Shown here: one piece after another, positions 29,244 through 39,185 of the stretch
Layout: every line of letters begins with the position of its first letter
Numbering within the stretch: the stretch's first letter is position 1
Origin: Candidatus Bathyarchaeota archaeon
Lineage (GTDB): Archaea > Thermoproteota > Bathyarchaeia > TCS64
Length of the DNA: 64,000 bases
Direction of reading: 5' to 3'
Assembly (NCBI GenBank): GCA_963771885.1
Contig: CAVYVF010000023.1
Coordinates: forward strand, 864,001-928,000
The notes under the pieces: generated by a model
The model's input: the letters and a program-made list of their open reading frames with translations, nothing else
Databases searched by the model: none
Told to the model about the DNA's origin: nothing
Translations under genes and position numbers: made by a program

Positions 29244-29961
29244 ATGCGCATTGACGTCGTCATGCTGATAGGTGGATTATCACAGGCAGACCTCCAGCGG
29301 AGGATAGAGATACTGAAGAGCTACGCCTCACCGGGCACGGAGGTTAACCTCGTCTTCACGAGGAATCCGCCGCCATCTGTGGACTCTCTCGCCGAGATGG
29401 AGCAGGCAGCCCCAGGCATATTGGAGCGTGTCGTCAAGTCTGAGGAGGAGGGCGCCGACGCGATTCTAATCTGGGGTGGCCACGACCCGAGCCTACCTCA
29501 GCTCACGCAGTCTTGTCGATATACCCGTTATTGGTCCCGGCAGCGCCTCGATGCACGTCGCCGGTTTCCTCGCCGACTATTTCAGCCTCATAGTGCAGCT
29601 CCCCGAGGTGGAGCAGCTCGCCTGGCGCCAAATCAGGGACTACCGCCTTGAGGAGAAGTGCGTTGGAGTCTACAGCGTAGACATCCCCGTTCTGGAGCTT
29701 GGGAAGCCTGAGAGCTACGACGCCGTCAAGGAGACGGTCATCGAGTCGATCGACGATGGCGCAGACGCGGTGTGCTTCGGCTGCATGGCGCTAAACAACC
29801 ACGTTGACAGGCTCAAAGAGGAGCTCGCCGAGTCCCACCCCGGCGCCACCATCGTTCACCCAGGCAGGGTGTCAATTAGGTTGGCTGAGATGCTCGTCGA
29901 GCTCGGCCTTACTCAGAGCAGGTTCACCTACCCGAGTCCGCCCAAGCCCGTGAAGCTCTAG
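29244..29961 (+). CDS. Asp/Glu/hydantoin racemase-superfamily protein; frameshift at about 29495-29505
   Basis: N-half PPSVDS.AE...GADAILIWGGHDP continues in another frame as RSLVDIPVIGPG...GADAVCFGCM...QSRFTYPSPP. Confidence 0.82.
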
Positions 29962-29963
29962 GA

Positions 29964-30973
29964 ATGCCTATACTCCCCACGGCGCTATCCTTCTCCGACT
30001 TGAAGCGCCCCTCCATCTCCCCAGCCCTCGCCCTATTCCTACTCTCCCCATTCGTGGGCGAACTCCTCTCGGGCTCCTCACCGCCTGTCGAGTACTTCGC
30101 CCTACCCGGCTTCGTGATCCTCCACCTGCTATATGGCGGTGGCGCCGTGTTGGCGCGTGAGCTCAAGGTCAGGTGGCGCCTCGGCGTGGGGAGTCTGATA
30201 CTGCTCGGCTGCGCCTACGGTATCATCGAGGAGGGAATAATGGTTGCGAGCTTCTTCAACCCTGGCTGGGTCGACCTTGGTGCGCTCGGCGTCTACGGGC
30301 GGTGGCTCGGCGTTAACTGGGTCTGGTCCGCGGGGCTTACCGTCTACCACGCCCTCGTCAGCATCACGGCGCCAGTGCTCCTCGTCGAGCTCACCTACCC
30401 GAGCCGCGGGGGCGAACCTTGGCTATCGAGGCGTTGGCTCGCGGCGGTCGCGGTCGCCTTCGTCGGCGACGTTCTCTTCGGTGTCGTCGGCTTCAGCGCC
30501 ATGCTCAGTTACTACGCGCCGGCTACGCACCTGCTCGGCGCCCTCGCTGTCGCCGCGCTCTTCGTGCTCGCCGCGAGGCGCCTCTCAGCTGACTTCCTCC
30601 GGCGTGGCGCGAAGCCGTCGAGGCGACCGAGGTTCTTCTTCGCCATTGGACTGCTCGGCGCGCTGCTGAGTGCCATCGGGCTCTACGTGTTGCCGAACAT
30701 CCCCGGGATGCCGCCCATCGTTCCAATCGCCGCAGTAGTAGCCGTGGCAGTGCTCGTTATCAGGTACCTGTCCGGCTTCTGCTGGAGGTGCGCAACACCG
30801 GTCCACGTCTTCGCCCTTGTCGCTGGCTCCCTCGCCGTCTTTGTGCCCCTCAGCCTCATACAGGAGTTCGACGAGACTCGGCTCGACAACACGACTGGCA
30901 TGGGCATCGTTGGGCTCCTCTTCGCATTGGGTCTAGTCCTCTTATACAGGAGGCTACAGAGGCAAAGCCGTGA
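29964..30973 (+). CDS. Multi-pass membrane hypothetical protein (as sequenced, fused in frame to the next gene)
   Basis: About 10 hydrophobic segments; LSPFVGELLSGSSP, YGGGA, YGIIEEG and YHA motifs. A TGA at 30971-30973 in another frame sits just before ATG 30978. Confidence 0.65.
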
Positions 30974-30977
30974 AAAC

Positions 30978-31487
30978 ATGAAGAGTAGCGGAGCTTTCCA
31001 CCCGATGAGGAGAAGAGACAAGGAGATCACGGATCCCGCCGAGATGAGGGCTGTCCTCGGTGAGGCGACATACGTCACCGTCGCCATGAGCGTGGGGGAC
31101 GAGCCCTACCTCGCTACACTCAGCCACGGCTACGACACTGAGAGGCACTGCGTCTATTTCCACTGCGCCCCCGAGGGCAGGAAGGTCGAGATGCTTAGGG
31201 CGAACTCCCGGGTTTGGGGGCAGGTGCTCGTCGACGGCGGCTATCAACAGGGGAGCTGCGACCACCTCTACAGGACTGTTCAGTTCCGTGGTAAGGTCAC
31301 GTTCGTAGAGGATCAGGCGGAGAAGGAGCACGCCCTCAGAGTCATGATACGCCACCTCGACGAGGACCCCGAGAAGGTCATCTCCGAGCAGATCACGCCC
31401 CACTCGACGGGACGCATCCTCATCGGCAGGATCGAGATCGCCGAGATGACTGGAAAGAAGGCGGACAAGGTCATAGTCCAGTTATAG
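30978..31487 (+). CDS. Pyridoxamine 5'-phosphate oxidase-like flavin-binding protein (NimA-like)
   Basis: MRRRDKEI, PY...LSHGY, YFHCAPEGRK, YRTVQFRG and MTGKK motifs. Confidence 0.85.
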   Translation: MKSSGAFHPMRRRDKEITDPAEMRAVLGEATYVTVAMSVGDEPYLATLSHGYDTERHCVYFHCAPEGRKVEMLRANSRVWGQVLVDGGYQQGSCDHLYRTVQFRGKVTFVEDQAEKEHALRVMIRHLDEDPEKVISEQITPHSTGRILIGRIEIAEMTGKKADKVIVQL

Positions 31488-31570
31488 GCATCTCTGCACA
31501 CTGCCGACGCCCCACCACTACCTATAAACACCCGAAAGGAATAGAGTCAAGGAATCACGGAGTTGAGCCG

Positions 31571-31801
31571 TTGGCAAAGAAGTTCAACGTGAAGGTGGAC
31601 GAGGCGACCTGTAAGGGCTGCGGCATCTGCGTCCACATCTGCGAGAAGAAGGGCGGCAAGAATCTCAAGTACGGTCAGAAGAGGACCCTACTCGGAGGCG
31701 CACTGCCCGAGGGCAAAGGGAGCTGCACTGGCTGCCGCTGGTGCGAGCGCTACTGCCCAGACTTCGCCATAACAATCGAGGAGGAGAAGACGGATGCTTA
31801 A
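31571..31801 (+). CDS. korD: 2-oxoacid:ferredoxin oxidoreductase delta subunit (2x[4Fe-4S])
   Basis: CKGCGICVHIC and CTGCRWCERYCPDFAI; first gene of the kor operon. Confidence 0.88.
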   Translation: MAKKFNVKVDEATCKGCGICVHICEKKGGKNLKYGQKRTLLGGALPEGKGSCTGCRWCERYCPDFAITIEEEKTDA

Positions 31802-32924
31802 GCCCGGAAAGCACCTAGTTTTGGGTAACATAGCCGCCGCCGAAGGCGCGCTGCGAGCAGGGTGTCGGCTCTTCGCCGGCTACCCCATCACGCCCGCTAA
31901 TGAGATCACCGAGTACATGAGCGCCGAATTGCCAAAGGTCGGTGGCTACTTCCTCCAGATGGAGGACGAGATCGCGAGCATCGCCGCCGTAATTGGTAGC
32001 AGCTGGGCAGGTGCCAAGGCGATGACCGCGACGAGCGGTCCAGGTTTCAGCCTCATGCAGGAGAACCTCAGCTACGCACACATGACGGAGACGCCTCTCG
32101 TCATAGTCGATGTGCAGCGTAGCGGCCCCTCTACGGGGCAGTCGACGGACGCCTCCCAGCAGGACTTCTACCAGGCACGCTACGGTGCGCACGGCGACTA
32201 CGAGATAATCGCACTCTCCCCTTGGAGCGCACAGGAGATGTTCGACCTCGCCATAAGGGCATTCAACCTCGCCGAGCAATACAGGACCCCCGTCTATTTC
32301 CTCCCAGACGGCATGATCGGCCACATTAAGGAGGAGCTAGTCGTCCCCGAGAAGGTCGAAGTGATCGACAGGAAACCGCCGTCGAGCAAGACGGTGACGC
32401 CATTCGGCACGGATGATCCATCGCTCGTACCCGAGATGCCCAAGTTCGGGCAGGGTTACCGCCTACAGGTCACAGGCAGTAGCCATCGCCCGACGGGAGT
32501 CCGCGACTACTCCCCCAAGGTCCACGCAGAGAAGGTCAGGCGAATAATGAAGAAGATCACACAGGCCGAGCCAAAGCTCAGGGACGTCGCCAAGGTAGAC
32601 CTCGACGACGCCAAGGTAGCGGTCGTCAGCTTCGGCGCCTCCGCGCGCCCCAGCTACGGCGCCGTCAAGAAGCTACGCGAGGAGGGCATAAAGGCGGGGC
32701 TCCTCAGGCTCAAGACCCTCTGGCCGCTCCCCGACGAAGAGTTCGTCGACCTAGCAAACAAAGTCGATGCCATCCTCGTCGTGGAGATGAACGCGGGCAA
32801 GCTCGTGAGAGAGGTCCAGCGTGCCGCATGCGGGCAGACGAAGATCGCCTCACTCACACGCCTCGGAGGCGTCACGCCGACGCAGGGCGACATCACCCAG
32901 GAGCTAAGGAGGCTAGTGCAATGA
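31794..32924 (+). CDS. korA: 2-oxoacid:ferredoxin oxidoreductase alpha subunit
   Basis: AGYPITP, QMEDEIAS, TATSGPGFSLMQE and QRSGPSTG motifs. Confidence 0.93.
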   Translation: MLKPGKHLVLGNIAAAEGALRAGCRLFAGYPITPANEITEYMSAELPKVGGYFLQMEDEIASIAAVIGSSWAGAKAMTATSGPGFSLMQENLSYAHMTETPLVIVDVQRSGPSTGQSTDASQQDFYQARYGAHGDYEIIALSPWSAQEMFDLAIRAFNLAEQYRTPVYFLPDGMIGHIKEELVVPEKVEVIDRKPPSSKTVTPFGTDDPSLVPEMPKFGQGYRLQVTGSSHRPTGVRDYSPKVHAEKVRRIMKKITQAEPKLRDVAKVDLDDAKVAVVSFGASARPSYGAVKKLREEGIKAGLLRLKTLWPLPDEEFVDLANKVDAILVVEMNAGKLVREVQRAACGQTKIASLTRLGGVTPTQGDITQELRRLVQ

Positions 32925-33943
32925 AGAACCTCGGACAGCTAAAGGCAGACTACATAGTCAACAACCTGACAGCGTTCTGCCCTGGCTGCGGAAACGGCAT
33001 GATACTCAACAGCTTCGTGCGCGCCGTCGACGACCTCGGCTGGAACGTCGAGGACATGCTCTGCGTCTCTGGTATCGGGTGCAGCAGTTGGATACCTAGC
33101 CCCCACTTCAGGGGCGACACGCTGCACACTACCCACGGGAGGGCACTCGCATTCGCCACCGGCGCCAAGGTGTTCAACTCCGCGCTGAAGACGGTCGTCT
33201 TCACGGGCGACGGCGACGGCTCGGGCATCGGCGGCAACCACCTCATACACGCGGCGCGCCGCAACATCGGCCTGACATGCATACTCGTCAACAATTTCAA
33301 CTACGCCATGACGGGCGGTCAGATCGCCCCAACGACGCTGCACGACTCCAAGACATCCACAAGCCCATACGGCAACCCTGAGCAGCCCTTCGACATCGCC
33401 AAACTCGTCGCCGCGGCGGGAGCAACCTACGTCGCCAAGTGGACGACGAACCACCCCCTAGAACTCACGAGGAGCATGAAGGAGGCGATGCAGAACCCCG
33501 GCTTCAGCTTCATAGAGGTGCTGAGCCAGTGCCCGACGCAGCAGAGGAACATACTCGGCGTACGCGCACCCGCTCAGGAGCTGCCCAGCAGGCTACTCGA
33601 GATGCTCGCTGAGAGCACCTACATCCACGACAAGGAGGAGAAGAAGAGCTACGTTTACACCGTGCTCGCCGGAGAGCCAGAGGCCGCCCTGAAGGCGGTG
33701 ACGAACGCACTCGGCGCATCGGGCGTGGCGCAGCTCGTCGACCACCTCACCCTCGGCAGGGTGGCGCGCATCGACGCCGACGACATCGAGGCGGCGAAGG
33801 CCAAGCTCAACATCCCCGAGGTCAAGAGGATAGCCGACAGCCGCGAGGGCAAGCAGGAGATAGGCGTCTTCGTCAGGAAGCAGCGCCCCGAGTACACGGA
33901 GGCACTTCGCGAGGTCGGAAGGCGCGCTCGGGGTGAGCAGTGA
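32921..33943 (+). CDS. korB: 2-oxoacid:ferredoxin oxidoreductase beta subunit with a C-terminal inserted domain
   Basis: FCPGCG, SGIGCS, HTTHGRA, GDGD..IGGNH and NN..Y.MTGGQ.APTT motifs; ATGA overlap with korA. Confidence 0.92.
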   Translation: MKNLGQLKADYIVNNLTAFCPGCGNGMILNSFVRAVDDLGWNVEDMLCVSGIGCSSWIPSPHFRGDTLHTTHGRALAFATGAKVFNSALKTVVFTGDGDGSGIGGNHLIHAARRNIGLTCILVNNFNYAMTGGQIAPTTLHDSKTSTSPYGNPEQPFDIAKLVAAAGATYVAKWTTNHPLELTRSMKEAMQNPGFSFIEVLSQCPTQQRNILGVRAPAQELPSRLLEMLAESTYIHDKEEKKSYVYTVLAGEPEAALKAVTNALGASGVAQLVDHLTLGRVARIDADDIEAAKAKLNIPEVKRIADSREGKQEIGVFVRKQRPEYTEALREVGRRARGEQ

Positions 33944-34476
33944 TGCAGACGAACATAATGATTAGCGGAACCGGCGGGCAGGGAATACTTGCCGCTGCCG
34001 ACTTCCTCGGCGAGGCACTCTTCAGGAACAACTTTCACGTCGTCGCCACGAGGAGCTACGGCGCCGAGGCCCGCGGGGGCAGCGCCCAGAGCGTCGTCAT
34101 CGCCAGCGACCGGGAGATCTACGACATACAGTTCGAGGCGAGTGACGCCATGCTCGTCCTCAGTCTCCCCGCCTACAGGAAGTACATCGCCGTGGCGCGT
34201 AAGGGCAGCATGGTGATGGTCGACAGCCGTGTCCTGGGTCGCCTCAAGCCTGAGGAGGTCAGGAAGGACGTGGAGACGGTCGCCGTCCCCGCCGCCGACC
34301 TCGCCGAGAACCTCGGCAACCCGATCGTCGCCAACATGGTCATCCTCGCCGCTTACACGAAGAGGACGGGGATAATCCGCCTCGACCAGCTACGCGACGC
34401 CGTCAAGACGCTTATGAGGCCGCAGTTCCACGACCTCAACCTGAAGGCGATCGAGGCCGGCGCCTCGGCAGTCTGA
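33940..34476 (+). CDS. korC: 2-oxoacid:ferredoxin oxidoreductase gamma subunit
   Basis: [16 protein letters not shown] and ANMVIL motifs. Confidence 0.9.
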   Translation: MMQTNIMISGTGGQGILAAADFLGEALFRNNFHVVATRSYGAEARGGSAQSVVIASDREIYDIQFEASDAMLVLSLPAYRKYIAVARKGSMVMVDSRVLGRLKPEEVRKDVETVAVPAADLAENLGNPIVANMVILAAYTKRTGIIRLDQLRDAVKTLMRPQFHDLNLKAIEAGASAV

Positions 34477-34486
34477 GGGACCCGAC

Positions 34487-34921
34487 ACGAGCAGGGAGTA
34501 CCCGGCCCACCCCATCCCCGGCGTCGCCGGAATAGTCGTCCGGGGGCGGGAGATTCTTCTCGTCAAGAGGGGTAATGAGCCCGCCAAGGGTAAGTGGGGC
34601 ATCCCCGGCGGAGTCGTCGAGGTTGGGGAGGCCGTCGAGGAGGCGCTTAAACGCGAGGTACGGGAGGAGACGGGGTGCGAGTGCACGCCCCTCAAGCACC
34701 TTGCCACCTTCGACTCGATACGCCGCGACGAGGACGGTCGCGTCCACTGGCACTACATACTCTTCGAATACCTCTGCAGATACGACTCCGGCGAGGCGAG
34801 GGCGAGCGATGACGCCTCAGAGGCGCGCTGGGTATGCCTCGATGATCTCGGCTCTGTCGATATAATGGAGTCCACGCGTCGCTTCGTCGAGAAGACCGCC
34901 CGAGAAGAAGGGTTAACTTAA
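34487..34921 (+). CDS. NUDIX hydrolase with no canonical start codon (ACG at the expected start)
   Basis: Absent from the ORF track. (M)[62 protein letters not shown] contains a full Nudix box; open to TAA 34919-34921. Confidence 0.85.
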   Translation, partial: TSREYPAHPIPGVAGIVVRGREILLVKRGNEPAKGKWGIPGGVVEVGEAVEEALKREVREETGCECTPLKHLATFDSIRRDEDGRVHWHYILFEYLCRYDSGEARASDDASEARWVCLDDLGSVDIMESTRRFVEKTAREEGLT

Positions 34922-34975
34922 CCAACTGGATACACTTTATATATTATTCCATCCATTTGGTTACCTAGATTCCGC

Positions 34976-35203
34976 ATGTCCGTCGACGTTGAGATTGACG
35001 CGAAGGGGCTCAGATGCCCCATGCCCATAATGAAAGCCGCGAAGGCGATCAAGGAGATGCAAACGGGGCAGACACTCCGAGTACAGGCGACCGACCCGGG
35101 CTCGAAGAAGGACTTTGAGGGCTGGGCCAAGAATGGCGGGCACACCCTCCTAAGCGTCGAGGAAGGGAGCGGCGTCTACACCTACACGATAAGGAAGGGA
35201 TGA
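34976..35203 (+). CDS. tusA: Sulfur carrier protein, TusA family
   Basis: IDAKGLRCPMP and ATDPGS..DF..W motifs; TTTATATA upstream. Confidence 0.92.
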   Translation: MSVDVEIDAKGLRCPMPIMKAAKAIKEMQTGQTLRVQATDPGSKKDFEGWAKNGGHTLLSVEEGSGVYTYTIRKG

Positions 35204-35207
35204 AAGT

Positions 35208-35634
35208 ATGAGTGAAACAAAGCCGAAGAAGATGGCGATCATAGTCCACTCGGGCAGCCTCGATAAGCTCTACCCCGTCTTCATGCTGAGCAGCACCGGC
35301 GCAGCCATGGACGTGGAGACCCACCTGTTCTTCACGTTCTGGGGTCTGATGGCGCTCAAGAAAGGCGGGCTAGAATCCGCTGGGCTCCCCGGCTTCATGA
35401 CGATCGGCACAGGGATGATGAAGGGCAAGATCGCGGACGCCAAGGTTCCCACCCTTGACGGAGCTTCTGAAGATGTGCCGCCAGATGGGCAACGTAAAGA
35501 TCTACGCCTGCAGCACAACGATGGAGATAATGGGCGTCAAGAAGGAAGACCTCATACCCGAGGTCGACGACATCGTCGGCGCCGCCAGCTTCCTCAGCAT
35601 CGCCCTCGACAGCGACGTGCAACTCTTCATCTAG
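35208..35634 (+). CDS. DsrE2/DsrE-like (peroxiredoxin-like) protein; +1 frameshift at about 35452-35461
   Basis: LFFTFWGL motif; after the shift reads ELLKMCRQMGNVKIYACSTTMEIMGVKKEDLIPEVDDIVGAASFL...LFI* to TAG 35634. Confidence 0.88.
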
Positions 35635-36009
35635 GTGCCTACGTTGGCCCGGCTGACTATACTGCTCTGCCACAGCCCGTTCCACCACGAGTCAGTGGAC
35701 GAGGCCATTGAGATTGGGCGCGCCGCCCTCGCCAAGGGGCACGCCCTCGACCTCTACCTCATGATGGACGGCGTCTACTGCGCCTACACGAAGCAGAGCG
35801 GGGAGCCCTTCAACGTCGAGGCAGTCCACGCGAGGCTCACAGACCTAATGGCGAAGGGCGGAAGGGTCGTCCTCTGCAGGGTCTGCGCCGAGCTACGGGG
35901 CATATCCGATGAGAACACGCCGAAGGGCGTCGAGATGGGCGGCTTATTCGACCTAAGCGAGTCCATAGGCGAGTCCGACGCCGTATTAACATTCGCGGGG
36001 GGAGTCTGA
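35635..36009 (+). CDS. DsrE/TusD-like sulfurtransferase
   Basis: LYLMMDGVY, LCRVCAELRG (active-site Cys equivalent) and GGLFDL..SDAVLTF motifs. Confidence 0.85.
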   Translation: MPTLARLTILLCHSPFHHESVDEAIEIGRAALAKGHALDLYLMMDGVYCAYTKQSGEPFNVEAVHARLTDLMAKGGRVVLCRVCAELRGISDENTPKGVEMGGLFDLSESIGESDAVLTFAGGV

Positions 36010-36010
36010 C

Positions 36011-36349
36011 GTGCCCGAGAAGACGCTTCTAATAGTCATAAGGTCCCCGCCTCACACGACACTTGACACCTACGAGGGCACACGCGTCGCCGCGGGTCTA
36101 ATAGAACACCGACTAAGGATACTTTACACGGGGGACGGCGTCTATGCCGCCACTAAACGCTTGGACAACGCCCTCGCCGGGCAGTTTCTATCCGATCTCC
36201 CCGACCTAGGCACAGAGTTCTACGCCGACGCCGATGCGATGGAGGAAAGGGGACTAAGTGAGAACGATATGCTGCCAATCGTGAAGATCGCGGACGGAGA
36301 GAAACTGAAGGTGCTGGTCTCGGAGGCGGAGGCCTCCCTCTCGTTCTGA
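36011..36349 (+). CDS. DsrF/TusC-like protein
   Basis: IRSPPH...EG.R, YTGDGVY and ERGL motifs. Confidence 0.8.
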   Translation: MPEKTLLIVIRSPPHTTLDTYEGTRVAAGLIEHRLRILYTGDGVYAATKRLDNALAGQFLSDLPDLGTEFYADADAMEERGLSENDMLPIVKIADGEKLKVLVSEAEASLSF

Positions 36350-36358
36350 GGTGAAAGA

Positions 36359-36607
36359 ATGGGGAAACTAATAATCATCAGGAAGAGGGACCTGGAGCAA
36401 CTACGTCTTGCTGAGTCGATCGAGGGCGCCTCGATACTTCTCCTCCAGGACGGGGCGTACCTCGCCGAGAAGACGAAGGTGACGACATACGTCTCCGCCG
36501 AGGATGCCAGGAAGAGGGGCGTCAAACTCGACGGCGCTGAGCCGATGGGCTACGCCGAGATCGTGGGCCTGCTCCTCGAGCGAGGCCATACAGTGGTCAA
36601 CCTGTAG
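36359..36607 (+). CDS. DsrH/TusB-like protein
   Basis: ILLLQDGAY, EDARKRGV and GY.EIV.L motifs. Confidence 0.82.
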   Translation: MGKLIIIRKRDLEQLRLAESIEGASILLLQDGAYLAEKTKVTTYVSAEDARKRGVKLDGAEPMGYAEIVGLLLERGHTVVNL

Positions 36608-37063
36608 GTGACACGCATGGACATGGATGAGGTAGACCGGAGGATAATTGAGCTGCTCTCAGGGGACGCCAGGCTCAGCTTCAGGGACATCGCTAAGAGG
36701 ATCGGCGCGAGCCACGCAAACGTCTCGGCCAGGATAAAGAGGCTGGAGGAGGGCGGCGTCATCAAGGGCTACTCGGTCGTCGTCGACCCGGACGCCGAGG
36801 GCCTCTACCCCCTCTGCCTGCGCATCTCCGGGAGGTCAGGCCACGAGCTCTCAGAGATAGGCAGGAGGATAGCCGAGTTCCCGCAGGTACACGTCGTGAT
36901 GCGGGTGAGCGGGGAGTGCGAGCTCCTCGCCCTTACTCTATCGGCGGATCGCCAGTCCGCCCTCGACCTGCTCGCCGAGATAAACAGGATACCCGGCATA
37001 GAGAAGGCGGAGAGCCACGTCGTGCTTGAATCCTTGAAGCTGTCGGGGTTCCGCCTCAAGTAG
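36608..37063 (+). CDS. Lrp/AsnC family transcriptional regulator
   Basis: MDEVDRRIIELLSGDARLSFRDIAK HTH, RIKRLEEGGVIKGY, and a C-terminal RAM domain. Confidence 0.93.
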   Translation: MTRMDMDEVDRRIIELLSGDARLSFRDIAKRIGASHANVSARIKRLEEGGVIKGYSVVVDPDAEGLYPLCLRISGRSGHELSEIGRRIAEFPQVHVVMRVSGECELLALTLSADRQSALDLLAEINRIPGIEKAESHVVLESLKLSGFRLK

Positions 37064-37110
37064 CCTCGAAGCCGTTTTTAACCACACGACTCACCGTTCT
37101 CTGAGGCACT

Positions 37111-39185
37111 TTGTTCAGGGTCAGCGTTGACGTCGGCGGCACATTCACGGACCTCGTCGCACTCGACGAGGAGACCGGGGCCGTGGAGAACATCAAGGTT
37201 CCTTCTGTCCCCCGTAACCCAGAGAGGGGCGTGACTGATGCCTTCGCGAAGTGGCTCGATGGACACAGCGCCGATAAGGTGCGCCTCGTCGGACACGCGA
37301 CCACAATCGCCACGAACGCCCTCCTCGGCCAGGTCGACCTGGAGGTGCCGAATATCGCCCTCATCACCACCAAGGGCTTCAGGGATGTAGTCGAGATCGG
37401 GCGCCAGCGCCGCGCCGAGGTCTACAACCTCTTCTTCCAGCGCCCCCCGCAGCTTGTAGAGCGTAGGCTCAGGTTCGAGGTCGCCGAGAGGGTAGACCAC
37501 GACGGGACTGTTAGCGAAAAGCTCGATGAAGCGGGGCTCTCATCAGTTCTCGACGAAATACGACGCCTTGGCATCTCCTCGATCGCTATATCCTTCCTGA
37601 ACAGCTACGCCAACCGCGCGCATGAGGAGCGCGCGCTGTCCCTCGCGAAGGAGCGAAGGACGGCGCCTTACCTCACGGCATCTTGCCACATTTCGAACGA
37701 GTATCGCGAGTACGAGAGGACGAGCACGGCGGTCGTCAACGCGGTTCTGATGCCGATTATCCACAAATACCTCACACAGCTCGGCGGCGACCTCAGGAGC
37801 CTCAGCGTCGAGGCGCCCCTCTATGTCATGCAGAGCAACGGCGGGCTATCAACCGCCGCGAATGTCTCAGAGAAGCCCGCTACAATAGTCGAGTCGGGAC
37901 CAGCCGCAGGTGTGATCGCTGCCGCGTGGCTCAGCGAGCTCGTAGGTGCCGGTGATATAGTCAGCTTCGACATGGGCGGCACGACGGCGAAGGCGGGTAC
38001 CGTCCGCGGCAGGATGCCCGAGGTCGTCCCCGAGTACGAGGTCGCAGGCCACATACACATGGGGCGCCTCGTCAAGGGCAGCGGCTACCCCGTCAGGTTC
38101 CCGTTCATAGACCTCGCTGAGTGCAGCAGCGGCGGTGGCACGATCGCCTGGGCGGACGAGGGGGGAGCGTTGCGAGTCGGCCCCACGAGCGCAGGCGCAT
38201 ACCCCGGCCCTGCCTGCTACGGGCGAGGAGGCACACAACCCACGATCACCGACGCAAATCTCCTTCTCGGGCGACTGAACACCAGCAGCCTGCTAAGCGG
38301 CGGGATGCCAATCTACCCCGAGAAGGGGAGAATAGCTCTCGAAGAGCTCGGCGAGAAAATTGGACTCGGCGCCGAGGAAACGGCGATCAGCATCATACGA
38401 ATCGCCAACTCGATGATGGGCAAGATACTCCGCATTGTCTCAGTCGAGAGGGGCTACGACCCACGCAGCTTCACCCTCATCGCCTTCGGTGGCGCGGGAC
38501 CTATGCACGTCTGCCCACTCGCCGAGGAGCTCGAGGTCAACAGAATCATCGTGCCACCCAACCCAGGAATGTTCAGCGCCCTCGGGCTGCTCACGGCGGA
38601 CCTCTTCCATGACTATGTCCGACCCGTGGTCAAGCGAGTTAGCGCAGTCGATCCGGCTCGATGTCGAGACGGCGTTCCGCGAGATGGAGATAGAGGGGAG
38701 AGCGAGACTCAGCGCAGAAGGCGTCCCCGGCGTGGGCATGAGCTTCCTCCGTCAAGTCGACCTCCGATACATGGGGCAGGCCTACGAGCTCGCGATACGC
38801 GCACCGAGGAGGGTCACACGGCGAGTCGCTCGCAGCCACGGTCATCGCCTTCCATAGGCGCCACACCGAGGCATACGGCTACGCCGCCGAGTCGGAGCCA
38901 GTTGAGCTGGTCAGCTTACGCCTCAGGGCAGTCGGTGCCATCCCGAAGCCAGCCCTAAAGGGGGGAAGAAAGGGAACCGCTCAGGTTAGTGGAAAGCGCC
39001 ACGTCTACTTCGAGACGAATGGAGGCTGGGCTGATACGCCCGTCATCCAGCGCGGCGAGGGATGGATGGGCACAGTTGATGGACCGGCCATCGTGGAGCA
39101 ATACGACGCAACTACAGTCGTCTACCCGGGCTGGTTCGTGGAGACTGATGGGGTGGGCAACCTCGTCCTCGGGAGGGTCAAGTGA
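37111..39185 (+). CDS. Hydantoinase/oxoprolinase subunit A; two frameshifts (about 38655 and 38818)
   Basis: VDVGGTFTD, TIATNALL, EYERTST, SGPAAG, DMGGTT, GPTSAGAYPGP and FGGAG motifs. The C-terminus (DLRYMGQAYEL; FHRRH..YGY; GPAIVEQYDATTVVYPG) is spread over other frames and ends at TGA 39185, overlapping subunit B. Confidence 0.88.

Noticed and set aside
29964..31487. Apparent novel fusion of a multi-TM protein with a NimA/PNPOx-like flavoprotein (507-aa ORF)
   Set aside because: A TGA (30971-73) in another frame sits 4 nt before ATG 30978, the normal layout of two adjacent genes. Given the indel rate, an artefactual fusion is more likely.
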